Virus record (IMG/VR): IMGVR_UViG_3300010232_000155 | Reading direction: 5' to 3' (one strand) | Source of the DNA: a virus | DNA length: 64,000 nt | Notes under the pieces: generated by a model | What the model was told of the DNA's origin: nothing | The model's input: only the letters and a program-made list of their open reading frames with translations | The model's database searches: none | In this document: positions 48,432 to 57,417 of the stretch, piece by piece | How positions within the stretch are numbered: the first letter of the stretch is position 1 | How the letters are laid out: each line of letters starts with the position of its first letter | Translations under genes and position numbers: made by a program

Positions 48432-48840
48432 GTCTGTCTATCAATGCAAGTCCTTCTTCTGGTTTATCTACAATCTCATCAGCAAATACCTCCATAAACC
48501 CTGGGATCTCAACATCATTACCCTCGGTAAACACGACATTCGGTACTCCGTTTAACCAAGCATAATACTGCTCAATTGGTGTTCCCCATGTTACCTCTGG
48601 TTCTCCCCAATAGATGAGAACTCCATCAGCGAGTGTGATTTGACGGAGACACTCAACTGCTATATAGTATCTCGCATATGGATCGTTCTGCATTTCATCT
48701 ACAGTTACATCAATATGATCTGTTGGATCTATATATTCATAAAATGCTCTATTTTCTTGAATCTCATATCTCCAGCGATAAGGATCATCAGACTGTTCTA
48801 TCGGTCCAGACAGATATATTCTCTTACGAGTCATTGTCAC
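48421..48840 (-). CDS. Nucleoside 2-deoxyribosyltransferase-family protein
   Basis: IYLSGPI...WR...Y.DP...ADGVL...GT..E..YA. Confidence 0.8.
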   Translation of the reverse strand: MTMTRKRIYLSGPIEQSDDPYRWRYEIQENRAFYEYIDPTDHIDVTVDEMQNDPYARYYIAVECLRQITLADGVLIYWGEPEVTWGTPIEQYYAWLNGVPNVVFTEGNDVEIPGFMEVFADEIVDKPEEGLALIDRLGW

Positions 48841-49214
48841 TCATAATAATATACTTCCAAACCGTGTTTCTCGTAGGATTCAGTCTCTCTCATCCCTGTT
48901 CTCTTGGCAGTATCCATCGCGCTTCGAGTACTAGTACTCTCACCTTCCCATATGATTATCAGTTTTTGAGATTCTTCTACGATAGTATTCTTCCTCTTAA
49001 CAGGAGCAAGTTTTTGTGGATACCTATGATGCTGAGATTGTACCACTTGAGTATCAATCCCCTCGATTGCCGCGTACATGCCTGCTGCCGTACCAACACC
49101 GTCAGTATCAGTATGAATAATCAGACTAGGATTAAACGGTGCTTCATCAATTGCTTCTGCAACGAGTCCTCGATTCTTGATAGCTCGTGATCCAGCAACT
49201 CCAACCTCGCTCAT
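48837..49214 (-). CDS. SLOG-superfamily (YspA/DUF2493-like) protein
   Basis: VGVAGSR...GVGTAA...A...RKN.IVE.S..LIIIW.GES.STRS.MD.AK. Confidence 0.7.
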   Translation of the reverse strand: MSEVGVAGSRAIKNRGLVAEAIDEAPFNPSLIIHTDTDGVGTAAGMYAAIEGIDTQVVQSQHHRYPQKLAPVKRKNTIVEESQKLIIIWEGESTSTRSAMDTAKRTGMRETESYEKHGLEVYYYE

Positions 49215-49423
49215 AATTCAACCTCTAAAGAGTCCCACGTCCAATTGTATAGACTACCAACGGGATCGTAAAACTGCATTTTAGACGAGACGAATAATTC
49301 TTTCGGACAATCCTCATTAGGACACCTCCAGAACCCCTTGTGGCCCTCTTCGTCTCCCTGTGCTGGTCCCGTTGTACTGCAAACAGGACAGTCTTTCTCT
49401 AAATTGAGTACAGTATCAACCAT
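49211..49423 (-). CDS. Zn-ribbon protein
   Basis: CPVC...CPNEDC. Confidence 0.65.
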   Translation of the reverse strand: MVDTVLNLEKDCPVCSTTGPAQGDEEGHKGFWRCPNEDCPKELFVSSKMQFYDPVGSLYNWTWDSLEVEL

Positions 49424-49626
49424 TATGTGTCAAAGAGGATGTGGCCATCGGCGTCAGTGATGTTCGGGTATTTCCTAGGATCGATGTTCCAGTGTTCATC
49501 CAAACTATGTCTGAGTCGTCCATCACTATCCTCGAACCACTCTTCACAATCATCGTACATGCACTGATAATTGTGTTCAATTTCCTCTTCCTCCTGATCT
49601 TCTCCATCATCTTCAAACATGCCCAT
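49423..49626 (-). CDS. C2H2-type zinc finger protein
   Basis: YQCMYDDCEEWF...RHSLDEH. Confidence 0.65.
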   Translation of the reverse strand: MGMFEDDGEDQEEEEIEHNYQCMYDDCEEWFEDSDGRLRHSLDEHWNIDPRKYPNITDADGHILFDT

Positions 49627-49888
49627 TGTTATCGTACCTCGTTTCGTAGTGTGGTATCATAATACTTTCGGTACTAGACTATCTCCTTCCGAATAACCAG
49701 CAGTATTCGGACGTGTAATCGTCCAGATTACGAGATAGGTTTTCATCGTCGTTTGCCGCGTGTTTACCCTACCTTTTGCGTATACGATAATCGCTCGCTT
49801 CTTAGTAGGCCGTACAGCGTCTGTACCGTCGGATTTTCGGGGGCAAAATCGGGGTTTTGGTCTACTCGTGGGACGGTAGGGCCGATTC

Positions 49889-50683
49889 CTACTTGCTCCC
49901 TTCGATCAATTCATTCACACCTCCTAAAACACCATTCTTTTCCGGGCAGTAGTCAGAGTGGGAGCAATACTTGCACTCACCGTCGTATGCCGGGATCTGG
50001 GCTCTGTCGAAGAACCTGGTAACTTGCTTCCAGAATTCAGGTCGCTTCTCACGGAGCCAATCGGGTTCCCACTTCTCATCATCGTACTCCGATAATGACT
50101 CGCTGATGTTGATCGCCTTCGACTTGACAATATCCCAATTCTCGTCACTAAGCTCACCACTGAGAACATGAATGTCCTCACCGAGCTTCTGAGATCGAGA
50201 ATTAATCATGATCAAGCCGTAATTTTCAGCCCCGAACATCTTCGCGTACGTGTTTGCCTGACTGAAGTACTTGTAGATCCTCGGGTGGTTACTTTCTACC
50301 GGGATCGATGAGTACTTGATGTCATAGATAGTGAGTTCACCAGTGTCCTTGTCTTTCACTTTGATGTCACAAGTACCGTTGATCCAGACGTTCGGTGCGA
50401 TGGGATACTTGATGTTCTCCTCGTACTCTATGAATGCTGGATGGAAGCCAGCATTTTGGAGTGCGGCATCGAGCAATCCTGTCTCTTGAAGGTAATAGTG
50501 AACTGCCGAGCCTTGGAATAACCACGAGTTGAGTGTAGTCTCGTGATCAGTCTTCTCGTTCAGCATCACCTTCAGCGGGCACCCTGTGATCTGTGATGGA
50601 TGGAAGTGATGATCTGGTGTACTTCGCTTACCATCCTCAACGAGGGTTTCACGCAGCGATTCTTCTAATTCTCTAGATCTCAT
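49889..50683 (-). CDS. Cas4-like PD-(D/E)XK exonuclease
   Basis: SQITGCP; GTCD...YDIKYS; QANTYA; CKYCSHSDYCP Fe-S-type Cys cluster. Confidence 0.85.
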   Translation of the reverse strand: MRSRELEESLRETLVEDGKRSTPDHHFHPSQITGCPLKVMLNEKTDHETTLNSWLFQGSAVHYYLQETGLLDAALQNAGFHPAFIEYEENIKYPIAPNVWINGTCDIKVKDKDTGELTIYDIKYSSIPVESNHPRIYKYFSQANTYAKMFGAENYGLIMINSRSQKLGEDIHVLSGELSDENWDIVKSKAINISESLSEYDDEKWEPDWLREKRPEFWKQVTRFFDRAQIPAYDGECKYCSHSDYCPEKNGVLGGVNELIEGSK

Positions 50684-50686
50684 CGG

Positions 50687-51334
50687 TTACTCCTCTAGGA
50701 TCTGTTGTTTCTTCTGTGCTGCCATCTCCTCAGCGGAGACTTCCCCGCCACCGACAAGATCGCTGATTGCACGATTCTTTGCACGAGTCTCTGCAGTTGC
50801 CATGATGTCGTGCTGATCGACTTCTCTTGGTTTGAGCAGTTCACGATACTTGCCATCTATGAACAACACATTGTCCGGTCTGTCTGCTCGTTCTTTGGCT
50901 TCCTCACGACCAGCATCTTCATCTGCTAACCTCCGAGTGAAGTTAGACTCGTTACTGGCACACATACCAGTACCACTCGTATACTTGCCATTGGGAGCTA
51001 CTGCCCTAGCAGTGACAGTATATCTCACAATGTCATTATTGATCTTACTGTTAACAGATACTGTTTCGACTGATACGTTGAACGCGGTGGCTATCTTCCG
51101 CCAGCCACTCTTGGTAATGAACCAATCACTACCGATTGTGACAGCATCCTGTTCTGGAACGAGGAGTTCGTTCTTGACCTCCTCATACCGTTCATAGGCA
51201 TCTGCCACTGCGTCTAGATCATCAACCGGTTCTACGATACCACCAGTCTGATCGTGTGACGTGTCCTCTCCAATATCGATAATGTCCTCCTCTGGATCAT
51301 CATCGTCATCAAAGAGTTTTTCAGAATCAGCCAT
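50687..51334 (-). CDS. Putative single-strand annealing protein (Rad52/Red-beta superfamily-like)
   Basis: FITKSGWRKIA...TVTARA...G.G.C...ATAETRAKNRAI; next to the exonuclease. Confidence 0.55.
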   Translation of the reverse strand: MADSEKLFDDDDDPEEDIIDIGEDTSHDQTGGIVEPVDDLDAVADAYERYEEVKNELLVPEQDAVTIGSDWFITKSGWRKIATAFNVSVETVSVNSKINNDIVRYTVTARAVAPNGKYTSGTGMCASNESNFTRRLADEDAGREEAKERADRPDNVLFIDGKYRELLKPREVDQHDIMATAETRAKNRAISDLVGGGEVSAEEMAAQKKQQILEE

Positions 51335-51336
51335 TG

Positions 51337-51540
51337 TTAGTTTGTTGCCATCGGATGAATCTTATCAAGATCCAACTCGTCAACAGCCATTTCGACTATC
51401 ACGTTTGTCTCGTGACAGCAAGGTGTCTCAGGCTTGTGACGAACGATTATTTCGTCCTCTTTGACGAGACGCTGGATGCTGTTCTCCTCTGGGACGAACA
51501 GTACTCCGCAATCACAGACAACCGTATTATCTGGAATCAT
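51337..51540 (-). CDS. Small Cys/His-rich protein
   Basis: VVCDCG...H.P..PCC. Confidence 0.6.
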   Translation of the reverse strand: MIPDNTVVCDCGVLFVPEENSIQRLVKEDEIIVRHKPETPCCHETNVIVEMAVDELDLDKIHPMATN

Positions 51541-52544
51541 TAGATGTCGAAGAGTTTGGCATCGTCATCCTCTTCTTCTTCATCATCCTGACTCCGATGC
51601 CCTTCGACGACATCAATCACGACTTCACCAGTTGCTTCCAGATCAGAATTGTTGAGGTCATCAAGCTGATTGATGACGACTTGCGTGATCCGCTGGTGGT
51701 TCTTCGTACCTTCTTCGATCTCCCACAATTGCGGTTCTTCGTCATCGTCTTGCACTTCAGCCATCTCCTCCAACTTCGCAGCGATCTTATCATAGGGAAC
51801 AGGCTCTGACTCGTCTCCTCCTTCATCTTCGACTTCTTGATCAACGAGGGCTGCCATCCCACTAGCACCAGACGATTCGGACGATGACTCGGAACTAGTA
51901 CTGTCGTCCTCCTCTTCTTCATCATCACCGAACATGTCAGGTTTCGTACTCTCTGCATCCTCTTCGACTTCATCCAGTTCTTCTTCTTCTGGTTCTTCTA
52001 CTGCCTCGTCCGAATCTTCAGATTCTTCACTGAACTCTGTTTGCTCTGCTTGCTCGGCGTATTCCTGTGCTTCGTCCAGAGTTGCGATCCCACGAACGGG
52101 GTAGATATTCTTGTAAACCTCGCCCTCGTCACCTTCTTGCTCGTCAATGTTACCAACGACGATCACCCAATCTCCTTGACTGAGCTTGGCAACGTCTTGT
52201 TTCTGTGGGAACGTGGACCAGTACCACTCTCCCAAGTAGTCGAGCGGGAGTCGAGCAGCTCCTTCCCACGGTTCGGACAAGTTCTCCCAAATCTCTCGTC
52301 CTTGTGGGTCGGGAACCTGCATGAGCAGGACGTTATGAGTGAGCCCGTTATCCGTAGTGTACGTGAACATCGGATCTCCCTCGTCGGGATCAAACTCGTT
52401 ACCCTGAATAGCTCTAGCACAGATGGTCATGAGCTGCTCGTCGGTAACACGATTGCGTTCTTCACGCCGTTCAGCCGCGCGCTGCTGAATTTTACTTGAG
52501 AACTCTTCTCCGAATACTGCTTCTAGTTGGTCTTCGTCTGCCAT
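51540..52544 (-). CDS. OB-fold single-stranded DNA-binding protein with long acidic tail
   Basis: LSQGDWVIVVGNI...YKNIYPV OB-like strands; ends DDDAKLFDI. Confidence 0.55.
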   Translation of the reverse strand: MADEDQLEAVFGEEFSSKIQQRAAERREERNRVTDEQLMTICARAIQGNEFDPDEGDPMFTYTTDNGLTHNVLLMQVPDPQGREIWENLSEPWEGAARLPLDYLGEWYWSTFPQKQDVAKLSQGDWVIVVGNIDEQEGDEGEVYKNIYPVRGIATLDEAQEYAEQAEQTEFSEESEDSDEAVEEPEEEELDEVEEDAESTKPDMFGDDEEEEDDSTSSESSSESSGASGMAALVDQEVEDEGGDESEPVPYDKIAAKLEEMAEVQDDDEEPQLWEIEEGTKNHQRITQVVINQLDDLNNSDLEATGEVVIDVVEGHRSQDDEEEEDDDAKLFDI

Positions 52545-52568
52545 TGTTATAGTCGTGGATCTGCTGAT

Positions 52569-52721
52569 TTATTGTTCTGTGCCACTACTTTCTTCTATTG
52601 CTTCACCAAGCAACTCAGACACGATGTCATCGAGTGTATCATCGTCATCGTGCCGCTCCACTCTCATATGCCTGAGTTTTTGATGAAGTTCATCAGGGAT
52701 CTCAACATTGATTCGTCCCAT
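52569..52721 (-). CDS. RHH regulator, 50 aa (below track cutoff)
   Basis: MGRINVEIPDELHQKLRHMRVE...TLDDIVSELL. Confidence 0.75.
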   Translation of the reverse strand: MGRINVEIPDELHQKLRHMRVERHDDDDTLDDIVSELLGEAIEESSGTEQ

Positions 52722-52853
52722 GCTCCACCCGTATTACGGTTCTTATCGACATAAACCTTCTTACAGTGATAATACTTGCCGGTTCTTGTGTCACTATACT
52801 AACACTAATTCTCGATCAAGCTGACGGAGGCGGAATCCCTCTTGAGAACATGA

Positions 52854-53993
52854 TCATTGTTCTGGGAAGTTAATACGCTCTTTTTCTATCTCGATTTTGA
52901 TTAAGTTGATCGCATCCCAAAACATCTCGTATGGTAAGTCATCACTCTTTAGGATCATATCTTCACTAATAGCGTATCCTCTTATGATCTTGTATGGTAT
53001 CTCATCATACTTTACGAGTCCATCGTCAACTGCTTTTCTCCAAGCATGATAATGTAGTGAGCCATCTTTTCGCCATTGGCGTCTGATAGTATCACACGCT
53101 TTGCCAGTAGAGATCTGTGCTAGTAATTGCCGTGAATTGAGACCACAACCAGGACCAGAAGCATAATTATGCCTCCAACACATAAACGTCTCACGATCTT
53201 CATTCTTCATAAAATTCATACGAGTATCCGAACCGTGACCTGGATGTGGAACACGCTTTTCGGGCTCTAACCACGGAACAACATCATCAGCATCAAGATT
53301 ATAAAACTCGTACTTACTGTCAACGTAGGTATCAGGTTCTCTTTCAAACAATTGAACTGGTCGATCCTTAGTTTCATGAATAAACTCATCAAGAGCGTCT
53401 AATAATTCCTCCCTAGAAATACTACCAATCTCGTCTCCCTGCAGTGGTCCATAATAATTACCTGATGGATGTTTAGACCCTGGTCCTACGACATACCCGT
53501 GAGGATCTGCTTTTACCTCGCCAATATGAGTCCGAAGCGTAGAGAAGTACTCGTAATCGTGAAACCACTGCCAGTAAAGTATTTGTCGAGTATTGAGATC
53601 TGGACACTTGAGAAAAACGTGAACACCTTCTCTCGACCCTGTTACTTGCCACAGGGACTCTGGCAGTCGATCCATGATCTCATCAACTACACCTGGTACG
53701 TCAATATCGATCACAATCAGATCATCTGCACACGCTATACCATACCCACAACCAGCCTCAATATACGCATTAAACTTCTCATCTGTTGGTTTGTACCTGT
53801 ACTCCTGCTTGTGATGCGGGTACGGCCATGCCTTGCGAGCCCTCGGTAGTGGGAATAAGAGTTCCCCAAGCTCCCAGAGTTTAACTGGTACAATGTGATC
53901 CTCTACTCCGATCCAATTCGCTTTGTGATCAATATATCTAGCTCGATGTGCCCAATCGGGCTCACGTTCTTGATCGGGTTTTGGTGTCATCAT
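52854..53993 (-). CDS. Bifunctional primase-polymerase (prim-pol, AEP superfamily)
   Basis: GYGIAC..DLIVIDID, TGS.EGVHVF, GYVVGPGSKHPSG.YY. Confidence 0.88.
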   Translation of the reverse strand: MMTPKPDQEREPDWAHRARYIDHKANWIGVEDHIVPVKLWELGELLFPLPRARKAWPYPHHKQEYRYKPTDEKFNAYIEAGCGYGIACADDLIVIDIDVPGVVDEIMDRLPESLWQVTGSREGVHVFLKCPDLNTRQILYWQWFHDYEYFSTLRTHIGEVKADPHGYVVGPGSKHPSGNYYGPLQGDEIGSISREELLDALDEFIHETKDRPVQLFEREPDTYVDSKYEFYNLDADDVVPWLEPEKRVPHPGHGSDTRMNFMKNEDRETFMCWRHNYASGPGCGLNSRQLLAQISTGKACDTIRRQWRKDGSLHYHAWRKAVDDGLVKYDEIPYKIIRGYAISEDMILKSDDLPYEMFWDAINLIKIEIEKERINFPEQ

Positions 53994-54288
53994 CTATGCT
54001 GAAAGTATTGCTGTGATATACGGCTGGTACGACAATATTATCCTCACCGAAGTCCTCATAGGGAACATAATTGTCTCGATCATTCTTGACTCCTACTACG
54101 GCAGCTATCTTGTCTCTAATGTGGATCGGCGGTTTCTCTGGATCCGAGTGATGTATTCGTTCAGGATTTACTGCTGCAATTCTAATTTTCTTCTTGATAC
54201 TTTCTCTTTCTTCCCTGTCTGTTTCAAGTGGGTCTTCCTCGATTATACGATTAATGTAATTATCGATGGCATGAGTATAAATCTCCAT
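53962..54288 (-). CDS. Hypothetical protein, faint RelE-fold pattern
   Basis: YTHAIDNY..R...AVV...IVVPAVY. Confidence 0.55.
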   Translation of the reverse strand: MEIYTHAIDNYINRIIEEDPLETDREERESIKKKIRIAAVNPERIHHSDPEKPPIHIRDKIAAVVGVKNDRDNYVPYEDFGEDNIVVPAVYHSNTFSIDDDTKTRSRT

Positions 54289-54293
54289 CTATT

Positions 54294-55454
54294 TCACTCT
54301 CCTAAATCCGCGAAGTACTGCTGTTTTGTTTCCTCCTCGGTCTTATCACCACTACGGACGACCCATTTAAGATCATCATGTGATACTCCGGCACGTTGAG
54401 CATCTACATCTTGTAAGATTCCATGTATCTCGAATTTAGTAAGTCCTGTTTTAGTCATGATCTCCTCGTAGGTCAATGGATTATCAAAGATCAAGTTTTT
54501 AACTCGTTCTTTAGTACTCATAGCAGCTACACGTCTACTCCTCTTATGCTCTTTAATAAACTCGATCATGATGTCAGGATTGACTTCCAGACCCCACCAG
54601 TTTCTCGCGGCCATGTACGATTGAACATCCCTGGACTCTCTGGGTGACAGACTGAACTTTCTGTATATTTGACTCGGTGGTTTGAAGTTAGTAGCAACTT
54701 CTTTCTCTGATTTTACGATTGTTCTCACATCCTGTATTGTCGTATTATCCAGTGTTTTCGTGATCGGTGGTGACTTGTCCATTAGTTCAGTAACCTCACC
54801 AGTAAGCGGTTCTGCTGGTGCCACAATATTGAACCGTGATTTTAGAGCATTTTCAGCTAGTAGTGTCGGATCGTGTGTAGCTCCCCAGAACACAAAGTCT
54901 ACCTCCAGGTCGAACTCATTATTCTCCTTAAACGTGATACCATCAAAGCGTTTCTGAGCGTTTCTTTTTGCTCCCTCAGACAAGCCTGCGATCTTATTCA
55001 GTGAAACGTTAGTCTTTCCCTCTTCCAGCAAGGCCAAGTACGTGTTAAGCAGCTCGTCGTTAAACTCTGTTTGACCGAACTCTGTTGACGCAACTATTGG
55101 TGCTTTCAGTGGAGCTGGTGGTGAGAACTTACCACCACTAACAGATCCACGTAGTACGGCAGCAGTGAGCTTACCACAGGTACTAACTAGATCGTCTCCT
55201 AGAACCATCTGCATCTTTCGTAGTAGTGTCGATTTCACCCATCCTGGCTCCCACGTTAGCATGACGTGGTTTCTGTATCTGAATGGTGGATTAGAGTACT
55301 TGTCTATATTCCAAGAGGCTGCAGACATTAAGAGTTCACGAGCTGATCTAGCACCGAGAAATGAATACTTATCAGCAAATGCATCACGAATATCTTGATA
55401 GACTTGTTTCCTCTCTTGTCGCTCATCTTTGGAGAGATTTGTTTTGGCTTGCAT
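54294..55454 (-). CDS. MCM-like AAA+ protein with degenerate Walker motifs and C-terminal HTH
   Basis: TWEPGWVKST, LTAAVLRGS, IVASTEF, LALLEEG, SRF. Confidence 0.7.
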   Translation of the reverse strand: MQAKTNLSKDERQERKQVYQDIRDAFADKYSFLGARSARELLMSAASWNIDKYSNPPFRYRNHVMLTWEPGWVKSTLLRKMQMVLGDDLVSTCGKLTAAVLRGSVSGGKFSPPAPLKAPIVASTEFGQTEFNDELLNTYLALLEEGKTNVSLNKIAGLSEGAKRNAQKRFDGITFKENNEFDLEVDFVFWGATHDPTLLAENALKSRFNIVAPAEPLTGEVTELMDKSPPITKTLDNTTIQDVRTIVKSEKEVATNFKPPSQIYRKFSLSPRESRDVQSYMAARNWWGLEVNPDIMIEFIKEHKRSRRVAAMSTKERVKNLIFDNPLTYEEIMTKTGLTKFEIHGILQDVDAQRAGVSHDDLKWVVRSGDKTEEETKQQYFADLGE

Positions 55455-55476
55455 AGTTTCTACTCAGACGTTCACT

Positions 55477-56487
55477 CTAAGTGTTATCCCCGAACAACTT
55501 AACCGTGTCGTCTGTATCATTCTCATCGGGATCATCAAATAGTGTTACTTCTTCAGTTTCGTCGTCTTGGCCATCCTCAGTTGAAGATTGCATATCTGAT
55601 AATGATGATTGCCCACTCGAATAGAACTTGGCGATACTATTGGGATCGAAGTTAGTAATTATACTCTCAACAGTATCCTTACCCTCGCCACTGACACCAG
55701 AATCGATGAAGTTAGTTGACTCTTCGACGGTAATATGATACTCACTAAGTCTTTGAGGAACTTCATCATAAGAGACGATCCAATACCCGTCGATCTCCTC
55801 CAGTGTATCAATGAACCTATTGTGATCAAACCCGTCTTTACTGGCTAGATAATACGTCTCCGTACCAATATACGGTGGGTCAAAGTAGAACAGTGTTTCC
55901 TCGCCATCGTACAGTTCGACTATTTTTTCAAAATCAAGACACTCAATAGTAACGTGATCCCAACAACCTTTGAAATTGTCTAATCGTTCTTTGGCATTAT
56001 GGAATGTTTCAGCTCCGTTTTGAACTTTACTTCGTCCAAACCCTGCTCTGCCACTGTACTTCGCACCGAATTGCATATAGCGTAGTGCAAAGAAGATCCC
56101 AGCACGCCTGACTTGATTGTGTGAAATATCATCACCAGTAGCTAGATTATCAGTAATAGGCTCTCCTGGTAGTCTACTCTCATCACGTTCAACATCAGGT
56201 TCACCGTAGAACTCATCAATGAAATCCTTGTACTGCTCTTTTGAGTATGGGATTCCATTGAGCCATTCGACGAGCCTCTCTGGAGCCTCGCGGTACACGA
56301 TGAAGAAGTGTACTAGCTCGTTGTCTAGGTCATTGTAAACATCAACATCTGATGGTCGTTTGTTGAGTGTAACAACACCTGAACCACCAAATGCTTCGAC
56401 AAAGCACTCGTGTTCTGGCATTAGGGTTTTGATTCTCTTGAACTGGCCGCCCTTTCCCCCTGGCCACTGGAGTAGTGTGTCTACCAT
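55477..56487 (-). CDS. dam: Dam-like (D12 class) adenine methyltransferase
   Basis: WPGGKGG, EAFGGSG, YNDLD, FYFDPPY. Confidence 0.9.
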   Translation of the reverse strand: MVDTLLQWPGGKGGQFKRIKTLMPEHECFVEAFGGSGVVTLNKRPSDVDVYNDLDNELVHFFIVYREAPERLVEWLNGIPYSKEQYKDFIDEFYGEPDVERDESRLPGEPITDNLATGDDISHNQVRRAGIFFALRYMQFGAKYSGRAGFGRSKVQNGAETFHNAKERLDNFKGCWDHVTIECLDFEKIVELYDGEETLFYFDPPYIGTETYYLASKDGFDHNRFIDTLEEIDGYWIVSYDEVPQRLSEYHITVEESTNFIDSGVSGEGKDTVESIITNFDPNSIAKFYSSGQSSLSDMQSSTEDGQDDETEEVTLFDDPDENDTDDTVKLFGDNT

Positions 56488-56493
56488 CTTTTG

Positions 56494-56889
56494 TTACGTA
56501 TAATTGATTAATGCTTCCAATCCAGAACTGGCCTCCGGTTCCTCTTTTAATTCAAACTCACTAGTATCAGTCGGTTCTTCCTCATTTATCCACTCTTCCC
56601 ACTCCTCGTTATCGTATTGTTCAAAATCGTGAGCTTCGGATTCTTGAATCCCACGGATCACAGTACGAGTAAGACAGTGGGATTCATCTGCTATCTTGCC
56701 TATTGTCTGCACAGTATCCTCCATGTCTGACTTGTACTTGTTCCAGATCCGCTCCCAGTAGTCATCTGGTTCATAGCCTCTCGTAAATGGGTTTCCGGGT
56801 ACGTCTCTCTTGCCCTCGGTACTTTTCTTCTTTGGTCGACCGCCCCTTGCGTCTGGTTTACCGACGCCTTCGAGATCTTTAAGTGCCAT
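56494..56889 (-). CDS. Hypothetical protein
   Basis: GGRPKKK basic patch plus acidic tail. Confidence 0.7.
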   Translation of the reverse strand: MALKDLEGVGKPDARGGRPKKKSTEGKRDVPGNPFTRGYEPDDYWERIWNKYKSDMEDTVQTIGKIADESHCLTRTVIRGIQESEAHDFEQYDNEEWEEWINEEEPTDTSEFELKEEPEASSGLEALINYT

Positions 56890-56891
56890 CC

Positions 56892-57089
56892 TTATTGTGT
56901 TGATTGATGAGTATACTTACAGTTCTCACAGAGATTCTCAATGGTTTCTACATCTTTGAAAAAAGATGTTGATCCCTGAAGTCGCTCTCTGCATAGTGTC
57001 AAGTAGTATCTTGTTGAGTTAATTACTGCTGAGTGATTTGTGATTATGTGCCTTTTCTCGTATTGATCTGCTTGAATTACCCTTACCAT
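56892..57089 (-). CDS. Small Cys/His-containing protein
   Basis: H...LC...LCENC. Confidence 0.5.
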   Translation of the reverse strand: MVRVIQADQYEKRHIITNHSAVINSTRYYLTLCRERLQGSTSFFKDVETIENLCENCKYTHQSTQ

Positions 57090-57173
57090 ACTCTGGCTAT
57101 TCTTGTGAGTACACTATTAATTAGGACTTCGGGGGTAATAAAAGTGCCGGATCGTATATTACTGAAGAAATAT

Positions 57174-57332
57174 TCAGGCCCAATCCGAAACGTCGTCGAT
57201 GACAGACTCATCATCTGCCATAACCCACTGCTCTTCATCCATGAAGAAAACAGTCTGATTGTCGCCCCAGTTCTCAGATTTAACTTCGGGATCGTCCGAG
57301 TCGGGTCGTTTTGGGGGCGGAACGGTAGACAT
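57174..57332 (-). CDS. 52-aa acidic protein (replaces track ORF 57083..57388)
   Basis: MSTVPPPKRPDSDDPEVKSENWGDNQTVFFMDEEQWVMADDESVIDDVSDWA; GGAGG Shine-Dalgarno upstream. Confidence 0.65.
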   Translation of the reverse strand: MSTVPPPKRPDSDDPEVKSENWGDNQTVFFMDEEQWVMADDESVIDDVSDWA

Positions 57333-57417
57333 TTAGCGTTACCTCCTGTCTGTCCTGTAATAGCGCGAGTCATATAAGACTTGTGCATGGTAAGACGTGT
57401 GTAACAGGGTTTTGATG

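Noticed and set aside
57083-57388. Track ORF of 101 aa
   Set aside because: Basic, no Shine-Dalgarno; an acidic 52-aa ORF in another frame with GGAGG fits better
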